Below, piece after piece: positions 58,539 to 64,000 of a DNA stretch of 64,000 nucleotides (position 1 is its first letter; each line of letters opens with the position of its first letter). The DNA comes from a virus, in the IMG/VR virus record IMGVR_UViG_3300013132_000041, positions 1-64,000 of that record. The stretch is one strand, 5' to 3'. The position numbers were made by a program, and so were the translations under genes. The notes beneath the pieces were generated by a model. It saw nothing but the letters and a program-made list of their open reading frames with translations. It did not search any database and was not told the DNA's origin.

Positions 58539-60854
58539 ATGTCCATTTTTAATAGTAACACTGTATCAAATGTAAATGTAGGTTTCGCTGCAAACGACGG
58601 AACAGGCGATCCCTTACGAACTGCCTTTGAAAAAATAAACAATAACTTTTTTGATGTTTATGTGTTTTTAGGTAACGGAACACACTTAGGTAATGTTACT
58701 CAAATCAATATTCTTGGTGGAAATTTAGTAGGTGTAGCTAATGTTTCCACTTCTAATACTGTATATACTGGTAATCTTAGTACTCCTACTATTTTTCATA
58801 ATTCCGGCACAATAGACATAAAAAATAATCTCAATGTTACAGGTGATTTGGATGTAGATGGAGGAGATTTAACTTTTAGTGCATCTACTATAAACATAGC
58901 AGGAACTCCAACAACAATAAGAATTGGAGCATCAGCAAGCACCGTTAATGTGGGATCTACTTCCGGCACAACAACTGTTAGAAACGATTTAAGAGTATTA
59001 TCTGATTTGAATGCTCTAGGTAATGTGGCAGCAGGAAATGTAAGTACAGACAGAGGAGTGTTCACATTTATAACAGGTGACCATGATACCGGCACACTAA
59101 GAAATGCAGTAGTAGTAGAAAAATCACCTTATGTTAATGTTACTCTTTCTGGCAACATTACTGGTACTGCTAACGTATTACTAAGCAATTTAGCTGGGAA
59201 TATTTTAAATATTACGGCAAATCTTGAAAATACAGGAGTTACCCCTACCACTTATGGTAATTCTAGAATAGTATCTAGAATTACAGTGGACGCAAAGGGA
59301 AGAATAACATCTGCAGCAAATGTAGCTTTAGGTGATATCGTTCTTGGAACAGAAACTTCGGGGCCATATGTAGCTAATTTAACTTTCGGTAATGGTATTG
59401 CTATATTTAATTTAGCAGATGAAAGTGCTACTCCTAACATTAGATTAACTACAACAGGAGTTACCCCTACCACTTATGGTAATTCCAGACAAATACCTAG
59501 TATAGTTGTGGATGGTCAAGGTAGATTGACCTCGGCTAGTAATATATCTTTAGGTGATATCGTTCTTGGAACAGAAACTGCCGGAGCATTTGTAGGTAAT
59601 GTCTTAGGTGGTACTGGTGTAAGTATCACTGGGCAAGGCGGAGAGTATGCTAACATTGTTGTAAATATTGGGCAAGCTGTTAATACTACAGCAAATGTGA
59701 ATTTCAATAATGTTACTGTCCAAGATCGCGTAAATGCTGCAACAGGACTATTTACTGGTAATGTCACAGTAGGAAACATAATAGTATCAGGCACAACAAC
59801 TACAGCCGGGACACAAATTATTACCGGTAATATTACAGTACAAAATTTAATAGCAGAAGGTGCGCCCCAAACCGGAGGATCTGTTGTACAAAGTGTACAA
59901 GGTAGATTCAGTAGCAATGTAACCACCGGAAACGTTAGTGGTACTAGAGGCAATTTTACTAGAATAAATGGTATTTTTGATTCGGGTAGTATTAGTTCTA
60001 CAGTTACATTTCCAAATACCGGTGTTAATGCTGCTAACTATGGCAATAATTCTCATCATGTAGGTTTAGTAATAGATAGCACAGGTAGAATTACTTCTGC
60101 TAATATGATTCCTTTTGCGGCAGGTCCTACTGGTCCACAGGGAGCACAAGGATTTCAAGGAGCTACGGGCCCGCAGGGTGCAACAGGTGCCCAAGGTGCA
60201 GCAGGGGTTCAAGGAGCTACGGGCCCGCAGGGTGCAACAGGTGCCCAAGGTGCAGCAGGGGTTCAAGGAGCAACAGGTACTGCCGGCGCACAAGGTCCAG
60301 CAGGGGTCCAAGGAGCAGCAGGTGCCCAAGGAGCAACAGGTACTGCCGGCGCACAAGGTGCAGCAGGGGTTCAAGGAGCTACGGGGCCGCAGGGTGCAAC
60401 AGGTGTACAAGGTGCAACAGGTGTACAAGGTGCAGCAGGTGTCCAAGGTGCCCAAGGATTTCAAGGCGCTACTGGTCCACAAGGATTAAATTCCTCTGTA
60501 AACTTTTTTGCATCGAACGTTACTGCCAATGTAAATTTATTTACTGCTAATCTTATAGTTTCTAATGCAATAACTGAAGGTGTAGTAACTATATCTCATA
60601 ATACGTTGACAGCAAATAATGGCACCATTTTAACTAGGCACTTAACAGGAACAACAACTTTTACAGATGGATTATTAAGCGGGCAATCACTTACTTTACT
60701 TTTGTATGGTGGAAATACTTATTCGGTGACTTGGCCAACAACAACTTGGATAAGTACTTCAGGTAGTGTAGCGCCTACATTACAATCAAAACACGGTTTA
60801 GTATTCTTCAAACAAAGTTCTAACTTATTTGGTGTTTCTTTAGGATATTTTTAA
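58539..60854 (+). CDS. Baseplate-attached fibre with a gp9/gp10-like N-terminus and a collagen segment
   Basis: [24 protein letters not shown]; G-X-Y repeats at ~60123-60485. Confidence 0.8.
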   Translation: MSIFNSNTVSNVNVGFAANDGTGDPLRTAFEKINNNFFDVYVFLGNGTHLGNVTQINILGGNLVGVANVSTSNTVYTGNLSTPTIFHNSGTIDIKNNLNVTGDLDVDGGDLTFSASTINIAGTPTTIRIGASASTVNVGSTSGTTTVRNDLRVLSDLNALGNVAAGNVSTDRGVFTFITGDHDTGTLRNAVVVEKSPYVNVTLSGNITGTANVLLSNLAGNILNITANLENTGVTPTTYGNSRIVSRITVDAKGRITSAANVALGDIVLGTETSGPYVANLTFGNGIAIFNLADESATPNIRLTTTGVTPTTYGNSRQIPSIVVDGQGRLTSASNISLGDIVLGTETAGAFVGNVLGGTGVSITGQGGEYANIVVNIGQAVNTTANVNFNNVTVQDRVNAATGLFTGNVTVGNIIVSGTTTTAGTQIITGNITVQNLIAEGAPQTGGSVVQSVQGRFSSNVTTGNVSGTRGNFTRINGIFDSGSISSTVTFPNTGVNAANYGNNSHHVGLVIDSTGRITSANMIPFAAGPTGPQGAQGFQGATGPQGATGAQGAAGVQGATGPQGATGAQGAAGVQGATGTAGAQGPAGVQGAAGAQGATGTAGAQGAAGVQGATGPQGATGVQGATGVQGAAGVQGAQGFQGATGPQGLNSSVNFFASNVTANVNLFTANLIVSNAITEGVVTISHNTLTANNGTILTRHLTGTTTFTDGLLSGQSLTLLLYGGNTYSVTWPTTTWISTSGSVAPTLQSKHGLVFFKQSSNLFGVSLGYF

Positions 60855-61504
60855 TGGCTTGGGTAATTAGAAAAGCAGGTGTAACTAAAACATTCACAAC
60901 TAATTGGACAACAACTTGGTTAACTAGTTATACAACAAGTTGGACAACATCGTGGAATAGTACATACACAACCTACACATATTCAAATACCACAACCTAT
61001 TGGACTTCAGTAGTTCAACAGTATGCCGGTGAAGGCCCTGTGATTGTGGGTTATAATTCAAGGAATAGTACATATACAACCTCATGGAGTTCTTTCGTAA
61101 ATAATGCAGAACAATGTGCCGTGGCAGGTTCTTGTTTTCAATCATATGATAGTCAATTAGGAGGCTGGTATGCAGATAATTGCCCTCCCGGTCAACCTGT
61201 AGCACCATGTGTTACTAATGTTAACTCTGCGCCTAACTTATTGGGAAATGGAGTAGTATTTTATATAACTTATTACTCTCCCCAAACAGTAGCTATTAAT
61301 ACTACTAAAAGCCAAAATACCAATGCGACTGTTTATGATCCTATTTATGCACCGGGTCCAATTTATAACTATGATTATTACAGTACTTCAGGTTCTACAA
61401 GCACAATAATAGCAAGTAATAATACTACTGCAACATTTAGCCAAAGTACATCTAGAAATACATCAAGTAATACTTCTCAAAATACTTCAAGGATTACGTC
61501 TTAA
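60854..61504 (+). CDS. Thr/Ser-rich fibre-tip protein
   Basis: 4-residue periodic TTxW/TSxN repeats at both ends; coupled to the fibre gene. Confidence 0.6.
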   Translation: MAWVIRKAGVTKTFTTNWTTTWLTSYTTSWTTSWNSTYTTYTYSNTTTYWTSVVQQYAGEGPVIVGYNSRNSTYTTSWSSFVNNAEQCAVAGSCFQSYDSQLGGWYADNCPPGQPVAPCVTNVNSAPNLLGNGVVFYITYYSPQTVAINTTKSQNTNATVYDPIYAPGPIYNYDYYSTSGSTSTIIASNNTTATFSQSTSRNTSSNTSQNTSRITS

Positions 61505-61516
61505 TGGGGATAAAAC

Positions 61517-62014
61517 ATGCATTTTGCTAAATTAGATGAAAATAATGTTCCTATAGTTGATCCTATTTCTGAAAAAAATTTAAGAGCTACGTTGAATTGG
61601 ATTTCTTTACCTGAAAAAATTACCCCTGATTCTATCGCAGGTACAGGGTTTGTTTGTGTTAGAGCAGGCAAAGAAGGAGAAGCATTTTCTTCAAATTTGA
61701 CTCATATCTGTAAACTATCAGGATATGCTATTGATGAAGAAAATCCTGGGTATTATAGACCCATATATACGTTAGAAGAATTATTACCAGATAAAAAACT
61801 TAAAAGAATAGAAGATCAAAAAAATAAATTACGTGCAGAAAGAACTAAAAAATTTCAAGAATTAGATTTTATGGTAGCTAGAGCTTTGAGAGAATCAAGA
61901 ATGAATTTACCATTAACTATTCCTTTAGATGTTTTAGATGCCTATGGTCAAGCTTTAGCAAACATAACTGATCAATCAGATGTATTTAATGTAAATTGGC
62001 CGAGTATAAATTAA
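61517..62014 (+). CDS. Tail fibre assembly chaperone-like protein
   Basis: LRAER......D...Y.QAL..IT.Q......V.WP C-terminal motif. Confidence 0.65.
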   Translation: MHFAKLDENNVPIVDPISEKNLRATLNWISLPEKITPDSIAGTGFVCVRAGKEGEAFSSNLTHICKLSGYAIDEENPGYYRPIYTLEELLPDKKLKRIEDQKNKLRAERTKKFQELDFMVARALRESRMNLPLTIPLDVLDAYGQALANITDQSDVFNVNWPSIN

Positions 62015-62015
62015 A

Positions 62016-62399
62016 ATGAATCCCATACCATTTCTGTCGTCAAGTAATACTTTACCTAGTATATTAGTGAATGTTAATACTACTTATGATACTAGTGATT
62101 ACGACACTACATCTGCATTAGCTAAAAGAATAGAAATATGTAAAAGTTGCCCAGAATTAAATAGTTTAAATTTTTGTAAACAATGCGGTTGTTATATGCC
62201 ATTAAAGGTAAGAATTAAATCTAGTGAATGCCCTTTAAAGAAATGGAATAGACTAGAAATAACTATCCCTGAAACTAAAGATGATTTAAAAAATTTAGAA
62301 TTAAATGATTTAAAAAATAAAATGAATTCTGATAATGTATCAACAACTGATAAAGAGATTTATAATGAAATTTTCAAAAGAATTAATGCGGGACAATAA
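62016..62399 (+). CDS. Cys-rich small protein (metal-binding)
   Basis: R..IC..C......C..CGC....K......CP..KW. Confidence 0.65.
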   Translation: MNPIPFLSSSNTLPSILVNVNTTYDTSDYDTTSALAKRIEICKSCPELNSLNFCKQCGCYMPLKVRIKSSECPLKKWNRLEITIPETKDDLKNLELNDLKNKMNSDNVSTTDKEIYNEIFKRINAGQ

Positions 62400-63279
62400 A
62401 ACCCAACATAGTAAAATAGGAACTTTTGTTTCAAGATCAAAAAGAAATACGTGGGCTGAAGAACAGGAAAATATATTAAGACAAATTTGCCCATATCCTA
62501 TAAGTTATGATATTCACACTTACAGTCCCAATTTAAGCAATCTTAACTTCACCGAATATGAATATACTGAGTTACTGGGTGGTATTTGGGTAAATCCCCA
62601 ATGCCTTGAAATCACATGTAGAATGGTTCAAGACGCCTCATTAGAAAATAACAATATTTTAACTAATAATCAAATAAAAAATATAATGGGGGACAAATAT
62701 GATCTTTCCCCCGTAAGTGACAAATGGAAATCAGCTAAAAAAATTATTTTTATGCCCGGGCACAATTTACTTCCTTTGGCAAGCCATGAAACAATTAGCC
62801 AACTAATGTTCAATAATAACGATATATTTTTAAAACCGCATCCTATAACATTTGATAGAATAATAGAATCTTTTGGTAGAGAATTTGGATGGGATAGAGT
62901 AATAGGAAGGGAAATATCTGGGTATTCTTTGTTAGAACAATGCGATGAGGTTTATACAACATCTGCTTCAGAGATGGCAATATCTGGTATTTTATTAGAT
63001 AAGAAAATATTTAATGTTTCAAATTTTCTTAATGAGGGGTATGGTGCTTATTATGCACTGAATAGATTAATTTTTAATGCTAAAAATAACTATGAAGCAA
63101 AGGCAAAAATAAGTAACGTATTTCAATCTGAATGGTCTGGTATTTGTTTTCCGCACCACAATAATATTAAAGAAAGATTTGAAAGCTTTTTTACGAAATC
63201 TTTAGAATATAAAGAAAAATATAAACCTTTATCCCCACCATGGCATCCCAAATTAAAAGTGAAGGATGAATCTAATTAG
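62386..63279 (+). CDS. GT-B-like protein, capsule-synthesis (KpsS/KpsC-like) type
   Basis: LKPHP motif, LL..CD.VYT..SE.....L..K. Start uncertain (62365 or 62386). Confidence 0.5.
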   Translation: MRDNKTQHSKIGTFVSRSKRNTWAEEQENILRQICPYPISYDIHTYSPNLSNLNFTEYEYTELLGGIWVNPQCLEITCRMVQDASLENNNILTNNQIKNIMGDKYDLSPVSDKWKSAKKIIFMPGHNLLPLASHETISQLMFNNNDIFLKPHPITFDRIIESFGREFGWDRVIGREISGYSLLEQCDEVYTTSASEMAISGILLDKKIFNVSNFLNEGYGAYYALNRLIFNAKNNYEAKAKISNVFQSEWSGICFPHHNNIKERFESFFTKSLEYKEKYKPLSPPWHPKLKVKDESN

Positions 63280-63863
63280 TTATTATTAAAAAAAATTCTA
63301 TTTTTATAGATATACCATCCTGTTAAAATTAATTTTTCGTCTTCAGTTGCAGGATAACCTCTGTGCACGTGTGTGAAATCTGCAGGCCAAATTAAAGTTA
63401 ACCCTTTTTTTGGTTTTATTTTTAAATTATAATATAAAAATTCTGTTTCACCTCCGTTTTCTATATCATTAAGATATGTTAGAAATACAGCTTTTCTAAA
63501 CATTTTTCCGTTTTCGGGAGGTCCTTGTTCCGGATGCCAATTTTTATAATTTTTTCCTGGTAAATAATGTTGAAAATTAAATGGTGTACTTGGCCTAATG
63601 TAGTTATCACCATTATATAAAATATATTTGTAGTTTTTTGCATATTGTAAAAACAGACCATCAAGAAAATGAAGATACTCTTGTACCAATAAGGTAGGTA
63701 ATTTTTCAGAAGATATCATAGTATATCCTCTTTCCTCCCCGTTAGGTTTAAAATCTTTTCTTTTAGATTTAAATTCATTTAAAAAAGATTCAACTATCTC
63801 ATCATCTAGAAAAGTACTACCTATAAAAGTTTCTTCGCCCCGCATTCCTTGTACCGGCGTCAT
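63276..63863 (-). CDS. 2OG-Fe(II) oxygenase
   Basis: Q.Y.PG..Y..WH.E...YLND...GGETEF...WPADFTH.HRG. Confidence 0.88.
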   Translation of the reverse strand: MTPVQGMRGEETFIGSTFLDDEIVESFLNEFKSKRKDFKPNGEERGYTMISSEKLPTLLVQEYLHFLDGLFLQYAKNYKYILYNGDNYIRPSTPFNFQHYLPGKNYKNWHPEQGPPENGKMFRKAVFLTYLNDIENGGETEFLYYNLKIKPKKGLTLIWPADFTHVHRGYPATEDEKLILTGWYIYKNRIFFNNN

Positions 63864-64000
63864 ATCAAAAGCTCCGTGGCTTCTTCCTTAGAACCTAATG
63901 TACCTGTTACGAACGTATTGAACGCTATGGAAATTCTAGTTTCATTGGAATTAATTTTATCTATCTGATGCATAAGATGAGATGGAAAAATTATTAATGA
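63860..64000 (-). CDS. 3' end of a TIGR02466-type oxygenase (partial)
   Basis: SLIIFPSHLMHQI...RISIAFNTF...LI*, paralogous to 5329-5988. Confidence 0.75.
   Translation of the reverse strand, partial: SLIIFPSHLMHQIDKINSNETRISIAFNTFVTGTLGSKEEATELLI

Noticed and set aside
1-64000. Stop-codon reassignment
   Set aside because: Core genes are full length in the standard code, and TAA, TAG and TGA all end genes at the expected positions.

Overview
This 64-kb window is an AT-rich segment of a large T4-like myophage, read in the standard genetic code. The ErpA/IscU sequences look betaproteobacterial, which suggests the host (inference). From left to right it holds: (1) 1-9010, three repeated tail-tip modules, each with an anchor peptide, a ~115-aa adaptor, a 550-620-aa polyglycine adhesin and a small chaperone or its remnant; (2) a ~2,570-aa repeat-built fibre with an S74-type chaperone end; (3) a glycosyltransferase / methyltransferase / sulfotransferase / APS-kinase-like cluster; (4) erpA-iscU, a GH19 endolysin, an exonuclease, ahpC-[GIY-YIG endonuclease]-ahpD, a circularly permuted two-piece tmRNA, an outer-membrane beta-barrel, a SleB-like hydrolase and a carbamoyltransferase / 2OG-oxygenase / GT25 island; (5) T4 core genes 33, 59 and 32; (6) a minus-strand block (tape-measure-like, holin-like, 51, 26, 54, 2, 4) and the plus-strand baseplate operon (48, 53, hub, split gp5, PAAR, 25, 6, 7, 8, VrlC-like, fibres). 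The most notable observations are: the tmRNA intervening segment carries an RBS and an ORF that would become a non-stop mRNA exactly at the predicted RNase P cut; a T-TTT-TTC site predicts a -1 frameshift fusing gp26 to gp51 in a lambda G/GT-like layout; virion proteins show a systematic (A/G/S)-Asn bias next to many modifying enzymes, suggesting virion glycosylation; the adhesin cassettes appear shuffled, with cognate anchor/adaptor pairs; and gp5 is genetically split and carries two peptidoglycan hydrolases. All family calls are from motif recognition, not database searches.
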